Source: a virus (lineage: Duplodnaviria; Caudoviricetes). From it: a DNA stretch of 58,100 bases. The notes beneath the pieces were generated by a model, which saw only the letters and a program-made list of their open reading frames with translations, ran no database searches and was not told the DNA's origin. Shown one piece after another: positions 8,821-17,747 of the stretch (positions are counted from its first letter, which is position 1; every line of letters starts with the position of its first letter). The translations under genes and the position numbers were made by a program. The DNA lies in IMG/VR virus record IMGVR_UViG_3300049098_000053, positions 1-58,100 of that record. One strand, written 5' to 3'.

Positions 8821-11528
8821 TGTCCACCACAGAGGAAGATCTCCAAGAGCGACTCAATACGCTGGTTCCGGAGGCGCCTGAGCTCAACGACTTCCAACAG
8901 TCGTACCAGCGCAGCGCCATGCAGGATCGGCTCGAGCTCTATGGGCAGTACACCCAGGAGGACTTTGACCGCTCCGCTCGCATTCTCAGGGTTGCCGGCC
9001 AGACCGGCATCCCGCACGACATCATTGCCGGGGGCAACTCTCTCGAGAGTCTCGAGCAGCAGATCAAACAACCGGACTTTGATGCGAACCAGTGGCTCGA
9101 GGACAGCCCGATCTTCGCCAAATATGCGTCCGAAAACCCTTACGCTCTGGTGGTCCTGAAACAGGACTCGGAGAACTTGTCCTGGATCGAGCGCGAGTGG
9201 GGCCGGCCAATGTCGCTGGCGTTCCAGTCCACAAAGGCCAAGGTGGAGCTCAACCAGATCTGGAATCGCCGCGCCATGGGCGTCGAGTATCACCAAGATG
9301 GCGATATGGAGCGCGTCGGTGAACTGCAAAAGATGGTGCAGGAGCACGATTTCGGTGCCGAGAACTGGTGGTCCCTGTCCGCGCCGTTCATCTGGGGCAC
9401 CCGTGAGATTGGCCCGATGGCGTACATCACATGGGAGGGCAAGGAGGGCGCCATGATGGGCGCCATGGCCGGTGCTGGTCTCGCAATGGTCTATGGTCAA
9501 ACCGGACCTCAGCTGCTCGCGCCGGAGGAATTGCTGACCGTTCCTTTCGGCTTCTTCACGGGCGGCGGTATTGGCTGGTCAGCTGACAGTGCCGGCGCGT
9601 CGTTCGAGATGATGCGTGGTGAGCAATACGGTCGCTACATTCAGGCTGGATTCGATCACCAAGAAGCGGCAAAGGTCTCGACCCTGACTGGTGCGATCTC
9701 GACGCTCCCAGAGCTCAGCGGTGTGGGCAAGCTGATCAAGCACATCCCCGGCGTCGACAAGGCGTTCGAGTGGACCGGAAAACAGGTAGCCGACCGCCTT
9801 GCCAGAGACATCCTCGTTCGGCAGTCATACCGGCGAGCAGCAGGCCAGCTGGCCATGCGCTATGGGCAGAATATGGCGTGGGAGATTGGCACTGAGATCT
9901 TCCAGGATAGCGTGGCAACGGTTGGCCAGAACTATCTGGCGAGCTCCACAGGACGTCCAGAGGCCGCGGTGACGTGGGACCAGTACGTCGACGATGTGGC
10001 GCACACCGCCATAATGACCGCTAAGGGTGTCATGCTGATCGGTGCTGTCGGCCCAGGGTCCAGCTTCGTGCGCGACTACAAGCGGGCTCGAGATGCTCGT
10101 GGATTGGAGGATGCGATGACCGCTCTGGCCGAGCGTCTGACTGACTCCAAAATCCGCACTGAGGCGCCTGAGCAGTACCGTGATTTCGTCGAGGAGGTTG
10201 CTGCAGCCCACGGTGGCGGCCCGCGCATCAATGCGAATCGGTGGGACGAGTTCTGGCAGAGTAACAACGAGGATCCTGACGCCATGGCCGATCGGTTCGG
10301 TATCGACCGTGACGACATGGAACTGGCCCGCGAGGTCGATATGGACATCGCGATCCCGCCAGTACCATTTGCCGAGCAGCTGGCGCCCTCGGAGCTATTC
10401 AACGGCATCGTGCCGCATCTCAAATGGACCGAGGATGGCATGTCACCGCACGAGCGGGACCTGTTCAATGCGAACAAGCCAGAGGCCATCCGTAAGATCG
10501 AGGAGTCGATCGAAAAGCTGAGCGAGGCCGAGTCCAAGGTCGACGCCATGAACCTGATCGAGGAAGTGACCGGCGAGCTCATGGCCGCAGACTTCGACCC
10601 TACCGCTGCGCAGCAGATGTCCCAGATCTACCGCGGATTCGGCGTCATTGCCGACAAGCTGGACATGGATGCGCAGGAGCTATTTGACAAATTCTACGGC
10701 GGGGTCAGGCGTGTAACGCCAGAGGCCCTGCAGCGCACCAAGATCCTAGATCCCCACATCGACCCGATCATCAACCGGCTACGCCGGCAGGACTGGCCCA
10801 CGGCCCGCCAGCAGCGCGGAGACTCCCTGATGGATCTCGTGCGTGAGATGGGCGGTCTGGACCCAACGGATCCGGAACTGTCGGCCATGGACTTCGAGCT
10901 CGGCTCCCTGGATCTCGGCATCACCAAGGCCGATATGCAGCGGTGGAAGGAATCTGGCCGGCTGGTATCGGAGATTGCGGAGACCGCGGCCGAGCGTGGC
11001 TACATCCCAGAGTACGACGAGAACCTGTTGCTGGCGGCAATCAGCCGTGAACTGGGCGGCGATCCTGTATTCGGCGCCCGTGACGATGGCATGCCGGGAA
11101 TGAGGGAAACGGCCGAGCACATGGAGCGCCTCGAGCGCATGATCCAGAATCTCGATATAGACCTCGAGAACATGAGCAATGAGGAGGTCCGAGCGGCCCT
11201 AGAAGCCGCTGACACCTATGATCAGGAATTAGCTGGTGACGAGCTCAGGTCGATCGTCGAGCAGCTGGTGCGGGCTGACGAGCTCGCTGGCGGGACCAAG
11301 GATAGGACCCCTGCGAACGAGATTGACAACGTCCTGAATCGATGGGGCACCCTCGCTCCGCTCATTTACGCGGATCAGGACTTTGGAGATCTGCAGATTA
11401 CTGATACAGTCGAGCTCGAAACGACCGGAGAGCAGGTCGAAATCACGGAAGATGCTCGAGAGAAACTTGAGCGTGTCCAGAGGCGCCAAAAGGCACTAAA
11501 AGCCCTGTTGGAGTGCGTAAGTGGCTGA
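8820..11528 (+). CDS. Large ejection protein, N-terminal part (polyvalent-protein type)
   Basis: 902 aa; Gly/Ala-rich hydrophobic stretches (GAMMGAMAGAGLAM), E.GTE.FQD motif; position. Confidence 0.65.
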   Translation: MSTTEEDLQERLNTLVPEAPELNDFQQSYQRSAMQDRLELYGQYTQEDFDRSARILRVAGQTGIPHDIIAGGNSLESLEQQIKQPDFDANQWLEDSPIFAKYASENPYALVVLKQDSENLSWIEREWGRPMSLAFQSTKAKVELNQIWNRRAMGVEYHQDGDMERVGELQKMVQEHDFGAENWWSLSAPFIWGTREIGPMAYITWEGKEGAMMGAMAGAGLAMVYGQTGPQLLAPEELLTVPFGFFTGGGIGWSADSAGASFEMMRGEQYGRYIQAGFDHQEAAKVSTLTGAISTLPELSGVGKLIKHIPGVDKAFEWTGKQVADRLARDILVRQSYRRAAGQLAMRYGQNMAWEIGTEIFQDSVATVGQNYLASSTGRPEAAVTWDQYVDDVAHTAIMTAKGVMLIGAVGPGSSFVRDYKRARDARGLEDAMTALAERLTDSKIRTEAPEQYRDFVEEVAAAHGGGPRINANRWDEFWQSNNEDPDAMADRFGIDRDDMELAREVDMDIAIPPVPFAEQLAPSELFNGIVPHLKWTEDGMSPHERDLFNANKPEAIRKIEESIEKLSEAESKVDAMNLIEEVTGELMAADFDPTAAQQMSQIYRGFGVIADKLDMDAQELFDKFYGGVRRVTPEALQRTKILDPHIDPIINRLRRQDWPTARQQRGDSLMDLVREMGGLDPTDPELSAMDFELGSLDLGITKADMQRWKESGRLVSEIAETAAERGYIPEYDENLLLAAISRELGGDPVFGARDDGMPGMRETAEHMERLERMIQNLDIDLENMSNEEVRAALEAADTYDQELAGDELRSIVEQLVRADELAGGTKDRTPANEIDNVLNRWGTLAPLIYADQDFGDLQITDTVELETTGEQVEITEDAREKLERVQRRQKALKALLECVSG

Positions 11529-11928
11529 AAAGACTATATCTGAGCAAGCCCTTCGGGAACGTGAAAAATCGGGAGCTCGCGTTCAATTCGCCAAGAAACC
11601 GGAACAAATCGAGGGTTTTCCGGATCTGGTCGCTACCCTCAAGCAAATGGTGGCCAACGAGGAGGAGCGCGTCCGCGCAGATTTAGCGCGCAATCAGACG
11701 ACTCTCGAGATCCTGGGCACACTCCAATCAATGATTCGCAAGCAAGGCTCCGGCCCTGCAGCACAACCTGTAGACCTTTCCCCAATTCGTGACCTGCTCG
11801 AGGAGATCCAAGCCGATCGACTCCGAGCTCCGGTCGACTACGATTTCAACATCATTCGGCCCGGGGGCGATGGCTTCCAGCCAGCGTCCAGGATAGAGGC
11901 GCGAGCCGTAAAGCCGACAACTCACTAA
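11521..11928 (+). CDS. Hypothetical coiled-coil protein
   Basis: GTG start overlapping the upstream stop; 135 aa. Confidence 0.7.
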   Translation: MAEKTISEQALREREKSGARVQFAKKPEQIEGFPDLVATLKQMVANEEERVRADLARNQTTLEILGTLQSMIRKQGSGPAAQPVDLSPIRDLLEEIQADRLRAPVDYDFNIIRPGGDGFQPASRIEARAVKPTTH

Positions 11929-11940
11929 GGAGGGTGAGAG

Positions 11941-14931
11941 ATGCCTAATCCAACAGCGGTACTAGATCCGCATTCACTGAGCCAGGGAAATATCCAGACG
12001 ATCTCGGATCTGGTTTTTGGCACACCGACTGGCGATGCGGTGACGATCACCAGCGCCGGCAGCAACATCCCGACTCTCAAGGACAAGGAGTATTTTGAGA
12101 TTCGAGGCAACTCGAACTCCGTGAACAATGGCCTGTATCAGGTCGATGACGCCACGCCGGCCGCCAACTCAGTCGATGTTCGCAAGGTTTCAGGGCCGGA
12201 CCCTGTGGTCGAGGCGGTAGCAGAGTCGAACCAGATTCTCTGCGCGCTCGAGACTGCGGTCTCTGACGCCGTCTGGGCGAACCAGTCGCTCAATGACGTC
12301 GACATCACATCGGCCGGCGGCAACCTGCCAACTTTCGAGATTGGCGCTCGCTTTGAGGTCAGGAATCACTCAGACGCCGACAACAACGGTGGCTACGAGG
12401 TCAACTCCACGGTCACGAACGGCTATAACTGCACCAAGATCACCGGCGCCGAGCCGAACAATGCCGCTTCTGAGGCGGTAGACGTCGACTCCGAGCGCAA
12501 GTCTATTTTCTACGATACCAGCGCCCTCGGGTTCTATATCCTCGAGCAGCCGGGTCTGGCCGACACCGCTGTATCTGACGCGGTGTGGCAGAACACGTCA
12601 GGCGCCAACACCGAGATCCAGAGCACGGGCGCGAACCTGCCGACCGTCCGCATCGGCCAGTACATCCTGGTGCGCAACCACGCCACGGCGGCCAACAACG
12701 GCTACTACAAGATCACCGGCATCCCAACCGTGAATACGCTGTGGGAGGTCGAGATGGTCTCCGATGGACTCACGCCGGCCGACGCAGCATCCGAAGCGGT
12801 CGACATGCAGACGGATCCGCTGGTGGATGACACTGGCGGCTTCGGCCAGCCGATCTACTCCAGAATGATGATCGACTGGAAAGACGACAACTTCCTGATC
12901 CGCAATGCCGGCTTCCCGATGTTCAACATTGACTCTGACGCCGGTAAATACCTGATGGGTCAGAACGCCTCCGGCACGAACACGGGCTGGAACTTCGTCG
13001 ACAACGCAGAGTTCGGTATCCGCTCCCGTAAGCTGGTTCGGAATATGGGCTGGCAGGAGATCAACTCCGATGGTCTCGTTACGGCTGAGTACGCAGCAAT
13101 CAGGTCCAACGCTACGGTAGAGGACAACGATCGTGACCTCGGTTACTTTCAGTTCGGCACTGACACAACCAAGGATGACACGGTGGACTTCGAGTTCGCC
13201 GGTCCGGTTGATGAGTCGATTCTGGTTTACGACGCCACGGTCACGCGGGCTCAGGCCACGCTAACTGAGGGTTACGACTTCAACGATACGGGCGACACCA
13301 TCGACCGAAACGATGGCGGCTCGTTCATCACGGACGGCTACAAGGTCGGCTCTCTCGTCATCGTAGAGAATGCCGAGACCTCAGCGGACAACGGCACCTA
13401 CCGATGCACGGCGGTCGCCGCCGCCGTCCTGACGGTCGAGAACCTCGACGGCTCCGCGGTCACGTTCTCCGACACCTCGGACGACAACACGGCCACGCTG
13501 ACGCTCGATAACCGTTTTGCCTTCGCGCTGAAACTGCGTCCTCGGGACGACGACACGTTCGGCAAGTCGTTCGCGCAGCAGGGCCTCGCAGACGCACTCG
13601 CGACTCAGCTGTCGAACCGCGCGTTCATTTTCGGTCTGGGTACGGTAGTCGATCTCAACATTTCCGAGACCGACGCGAACATCGATGCCAATACGCCTTA
13701 CACCGGCATGTCGATTACCTTCTACGCAACGCCACAGTCGCTCGGTGGCGGCTCGCTGGTTGGCGGTGCACAGAACTTCGGCATTGTCATCGACGGCAAC
13801 AACGGCACCACGACCGAGATCTACGAGTGGACACAGCGTCAGCTGAGGAAATTCACAGACATCGACGCTGACGCTGATACGGCAATCGGTCGCGCGATCG
13901 ACGGCCTGCTTCGCTTCAACGGTTCGGTGCTCGAGTTCGGCTCGGTCGACGGTGGTCTGTCCTTCCCGACTAACCCTGATGGCGGCGGCTCAGGTGTGTA
14001 CTGCCTGAACGTCAACGCGGTCAACGCCAACGATGTCGCGTTCTTTGACAACACCGGCACCCTGCGCACGAATGAGGAAACGATTGCGGTCACGCTCGAC
14101 TTCAACGACATCCTGATCGACGACACGATTGCCGAGGCTGACCTGTTCTTTGACCGCACGATCCGCACCAGTGTTGCTGATCTGGTCGTCACCGCTGGAA
14201 CTGGTGCGAACGGTACGATCACGTCTGCCGGCACAAACCTGCCGAATCCGCTCGATGTCGGTGTTGGCGCTTACATCAGGCTGGCCGGACTGACTGGCGG
14301 CGATGCTGCAATGAACGGCGTCTATCAGGTCACGGCGATCACCACGCCGGGGGCTGACTGGTCCGTCACGCGCCTTGATGGCGATACGGTGGTAACGACT
14401 TCATCGGCAGCGGTGAACGTGGACGAGCATCCGTTCGACACGCCGGATGCGCTGATCGTCAACACGGCCCTGCAGCTGACCGATACGACCATCAGCTTCA
14501 CGAGCCCAGACACGATTGGCGATACCAACTCCGGCTTTGGCATCTTCGCCGTAGGCGAGACGCTGAGGATCTCCGGTGCTGGTGCTGGCACGAACGCCGG
14601 CAAGCTGGTCAAGATCCTGACGGTTGTGGCCGGTACGATCACCATTGAGACCGGACAATTCTGGACGCCTCTCGACACTCAGGCGGCCGGTGGATCGGTC
14701 ACGCTGCAGCGTATTGCAAGCGTCGAAGCTGACTCTGACTTCTCGTTCTCGTTCGAGTTTGACGCCAACGTCCAGGGTGGCCGCGTGGTCTCTACCGAGA
14801 CTTTCGTGAAAGCCAAGGCGCTCGGACGTGAAACGGCGCAGTACACCGAGTCGGCGGTGCTCAGTATCCAGTCAGGCACTCCTCTCGTCGTACCGCTGCA
14901 GTCGCAGCAGGAACGCAATGTCGAACTGTAA
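11941..14931 (+). CDS. Large repeat-module structural protein
   Basis: 996 aa; T/G/D/N-rich; about six copies of a beta module (G....V.N.....NNG.Y.V); strong RBS. Confidence 0.75.
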   Translation: MPNPTAVLDPHSLSQGNIQTISDLVFGTPTGDAVTITSAGSNIPTLKDKEYFEIRGNSNSVNNGLYQVDDATPAANSVDVRKVSGPDPVVEAVAESNQILCALETAVSDAVWANQSLNDVDITSAGGNLPTFEIGARFEVRNHSDADNNGGYEVNSTVTNGYNCTKITGAEPNNAASEAVDVDSERKSIFYDTSALGFYILEQPGLADTAVSDAVWQNTSGANTEIQSTGANLPTVRIGQYILVRNHATAANNGYYKITGIPTVNTLWEVEMVSDGLTPADAASEAVDMQTDPLVDDTGGFGQPIYSRMMIDWKDDNFLIRNAGFPMFNIDSDAGKYLMGQNASGTNTGWNFVDNAEFGIRSRKLVRNMGWQEINSDGLVTAEYAAIRSNATVEDNDRDLGYFQFGTDTTKDDTVDFEFAGPVDESILVYDATVTRAQATLTEGYDFNDTGDTIDRNDGGSFITDGYKVGSLVIVENAETSADNGTYRCTAVAAAVLTVENLDGSAVTFSDTSDDNTATLTLDNRFAFALKLRPRDDDTFGKSFAQQGLADALATQLSNRAFIFGLGTVVDLNISETDANIDANTPYTGMSITFYATPQSLGGGSLVGGAQNFGIVIDGNNGTTTEIYEWTQRQLRKFTDIDADADTAIGRAIDGLLRFNGSVLEFGSVDGGLSFPTNPDGGGSGVYCLNVNAVNANDVAFFDNTGTLRTNEETIAVTLDFNDILIDDTIAEADLFFDRTIRTSVADLVVTAGTGANGTITSAGTNLPNPLDVGVGAYIRLAGLTGGDAAMNGVYQVTAITTPGADWSVTRLDGDTVVTTSSAAVNVDEHPFDTPDALIVNTALQLTDTTISFTSPDTIGDTNSGFGIFAVGETLRISGAGAGTNAGKLVKILTVVAGTITIETGQFWTPLDTQAAGGSVTLQRIASVEADSDFSFSFEFDANVQGGRVVSTETFVKAKALGRETAQYTESAVLSIQSGTPLVVPLQSQQERNVEL

Positions 14932-14942
14932 GGAGATGTCTT

Positions 14943-15341
14943 TTGATCACAGTCATCGCCAGATGGGACACGGTACAGATGGCGTCCGAACTCGAATGGC
15001 GCGTTTGGAGGCAGCTACGCGGGGCATTTGAGGTCGACGAATTCATCTTCGTTGGTCCGGCACTGGAAGGCTCGTACAGCTTCACCCAGGTCGCCACGGT
15101 AAGCGATGCGCTGGCACTTCTCCCCGAGGGGTGCCAGCGCGTTTTTCTTGAGCCCGGTGGATCCAAAACGGTAGCGCAAGTCCCAAGCGGGGACGTTGCC
15201 ATCATCGTTGGCAACACCGACCACTCGAACGCAGAACACGCGCAGCCTGACGAGCTTTACGGAATCCTCAGCCCAATGCCGACTGACCTGTACGGCTTCA
15301 ATGCTGCAGCGATAGCCTTGGCTCTCAGGTACGGTCAGTGA
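14943..15341 (+). CDS. Minimal SPOUT (SpoU/TrmH-like) methyltransferase-fold protein
   Basis: VFLEPGG, VAIIVGNTDHS, YGILSPMPTDLYGFNAAAIAL resemble SPOUT knot motifs; AAGGAG RBS, TTG start. Confidence 0.6.
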   Translation: MITVIARWDTVQMASELEWRVWRQLRGAFEVDEFIFVGPALEGSYSFTQVATVSDALALLPEGCQRVFLEPGGSKTVAQVPSGDVAIIVGNTDHSNAEHAQPDELYGILSPMPTDLYGFNAAAIALALRYGQ

Positions 15342-16936
15342 GCACAGATAACAGAACGACGCTCAACGCTTGCGATTCAAACTCTGGTTGGGGCGGCGAC
15401 GATGGTACGCCGAGCTCAGTCACGGCTGCGGGTCTGACCTACGAGAACGCCAACTCTCTCTCGTTCCAGCATACGAACGCGCCCGAGCACACGTACTACA
15501 CAGACGGCACCGGATGGAACCTGGCGGATGCCGTCTGCTTCCTGATCGTAAAGGTGAACCAGCAGGACTCGCAGGCCAATGGCGGCATGCAGTATGTCCT
15601 TGGTGACGGCACGGATCGCCTCGGCGTAGAAACCAACGGCTCAGACAACCCCGGTGTCGCGCTGCGAGATCTGTTCTACGGCATGAACATCGATACGACG
15701 ATTCTTTCCAGCTTCACGCAGCAGAACTACGCCGGCGTCAATGCCAACCTGACGCTCTCGGCTATCACGCAGGTAGGCTACGGCTCGAACCACTTGGCCA
15801 AGGCCCAGGGCGCGGTCGACAACATCTACCTCGATCGACTCAGCTTCATCGCCAATGACTCGGCCGCCTTTACGATCAATGGTGGCACGGTAGGCACTCC
15901 GGAGACGTGGACAGACTTCCAAGGCGACGACTCAACGAACGGTTGGGGCGTCTGCGGCAACCCGTTCGCTGACCAGTTCCAGATGAATGCGTCGTTCGAT
16001 ATGGGCGATGCAGGCACAGCGAGCACGTATTTCGAGATGGACGGTGTGCAGCTGTACCTGTTCGGTCAGGCCTACGGCGCCGGTCACTTTTTCTGGGACC
16101 TGATCTCTAACGCGACCGGCACGAACTCGCTGGAAATTAACGGCTCGCAGATCATCTCGATCGCAGGTTCGACTGGCAACCCGATCGACCTCGGCTGGAA
16201 CAGTGCCAACTTCGACACAATCAACGTCGACGGCTCGATTTTCGTCGATGTAGGTAATTGGGAACTGCCGGGTAACTCAGCGACCCGCTGGATCCGGACG
16301 TCAACGATCGACAATCCGATCAGCATTACGCCTAACGGCATGGAGATCAGCGACACCACGATCAACCAAGGCGCGCAATCACGCGCTGACGGCATGATGA
16401 TCCTCGATACCGCCGGCGACTCGAACAACATGGACGGCGTGGTTTTCAATAGCGACGGCACTGGCCACGCCATTGAGATCACAGCACCGGGGGCATACAC
16501 ATTCACAGCCCTCGAGTTCAATGGTTACGACGCCGGTACGGACGCGAACGGCGGCTCGACCGGCAACGCCAACTCGGCCATCTACAACAACTCTGGCGGC
16601 GCAGTCACGATCACGGTCGTCGACGGCGCTACGCCATCGGTGCGCGATGGCACAGGAGCCAGCACAACGGTCGTGGCCAACATCGCGCTGACGTTCACGC
16701 CGCTCGAGCTCAACACTGAGGTCCGGATTCTCGAGACCGGAACCAATACTGAGGTCGATGGTGTTGAAAACAGCGGCACCAGCTTCGTAGCGACCGTGCC
16801 AAGCGGGCAGGCCATTGACATACGAATAATCAACCCGGGCTGGCTGGATATCGAGACGATCAATGTGAGCTTCACTTCGTCGCAGAGCATCCTCGTAAAC
16901 CAGCAGTTCGATCGCAACTTTGACAGGGTGGGCTGA
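15338..16936 (+). CDS. Structural protein with beta-sandwich/beta-helix regions
   Basis: 532 aa; N/G/T-rich; GHAIEIT..G.YTF..L.F.GY and NTEVRI motifs. Confidence 0.7.
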   Translation: MSTDNRTTLNACDSNSGWGGDDGTPSSVTAAGLTYENANSLSFQHTNAPEHTYYTDGTGWNLADAVCFLIVKVNQQDSQANGGMQYVLGDGTDRLGVETNGSDNPGVALRDLFYGMNIDTTILSSFTQQNYAGVNANLTLSAITQVGYGSNHLAKAQGAVDNIYLDRLSFIANDSAAFTINGGTVGTPETWTDFQGDDSTNGWGVCGNPFADQFQMNASFDMGDAGTASTYFEMDGVQLYLFGQAYGAGHFFWDLISNATGTNSLEINGSQIISIAGSTGNPIDLGWNSANFDTINVDGSIFVDVGNWELPGNSATRWIRTSTIDNPISITPNGMEISDTTINQGAQSRADGMMILDTAGDSNNMDGVVFNSDGTGHAIEITAPGAYTFTALEFNGYDAGTDANGGSTGNANSAIYNNSGGAVTITVVDGATPSVRDGTGASTTVVANIALTFTPLELNTEVRILETGTNTEVDGVENSGTSFVATVPSGQAIDIRIINPGWLDIETINVSFTSSQSILVNQQFDRNFDRVG

Positions 16937-17529
16937 TGGCTGCGCAATACGACGGCGTCAACCTTCTGGTCACTTTGGATGCTCCGGTTGCAGAGGTATT
17001 GAACCAGACGGCCGAGCAGGTCTACGACGATGGCAAGATCTGGCACCTGAACGTCAACAACAGGAAATACTCATTCCCGTGGCTGACCTCCGGCGGCGAG
17101 GACATCACGCCAACGTCGATCGCTGGCCAGTATTACTTTTTCCGCAATGACCTCGGCTGGCGCATCTGGACTACCGACGAGGACCAGGATGTCTATTGGG
17201 ATGGGAACCTGATCCCCGCGGACTTGAGCCTGCCGATCTTCGCTCGTCGCACTGGCCGCACCGTGGCCCATCTCGGCCTGCAGCCGATCACACAGGGAAT
17301 CGTCGGCCTCGAGGACCGGACGGTGCAGACACTCATGGACTACATCGTTGAGGCCGGCTTCACCTACCTGCAGGTCTACCGGATACTCGCTGCTCACGCT
17401 GCTGGCAGGATCAACGAGCCGGTCGACGGCACCTACGCGATCCGCGATCTGAACAACACCAAGGATCGTATCGTCGGCACTGAGTCGGTCAACGGTGGCC
17501 GCATCATCACCACGGTTGACGGATCGTGA
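16936..17529 (+). CDS. Hypothetical structural protein
   Basis: Translationally coupled; 197 aa; C-terminal IRDLNNTKDRI. Confidence 0.7.
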   Translation: MAAQYDGVNLLVTLDAPVAEVLNQTAEQVYDDGKIWHLNVNNRKYSFPWLTSGGEDITPTSIAGQYYFFRNDLGWRIWTTDEDQDVYWDGNLIPADLSLPIFARRTGRTVAHLGLQPITQGIVGLEDRTVQTLMDYIVEAGFTYLQVYRILAAHAAGRINEPVDGTYAIRDLNNTKDRIVGTESVNGGRIITTVDGS

Positions 17530-17747
17530 GCTCGCATTTTCTCAGCGGACACCACGCATCGGGGCACTTCGCCTCTGCGCACTTCGGCCGCACGATTGTC
17601 GTGCCGCCGATCGTTCCGGACGAGCCGGTACACCCGCCGGGTACTGGCCGCGGCATCGATGCTACGCTGCAGAAGCGAATCATGGAGGAGGAGGAGCTCC
17701 TGATGCTGGTCATTCGGGCGTTCCTCCACATGCGGAATAGGGACTGA
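17526..17747 (+). CDS. Small hypothetical protein
   Basis: GTGA overlap; EEEELLMLVIRAFL C-terminus. Confidence 0.65.
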   Translation: MSSHFLSGHHASGHFASAHFGRTIVVPPIVPDEPVHPPGTGRGIDATLQKRIMEEEELLMLVIRAFLHMRNRD

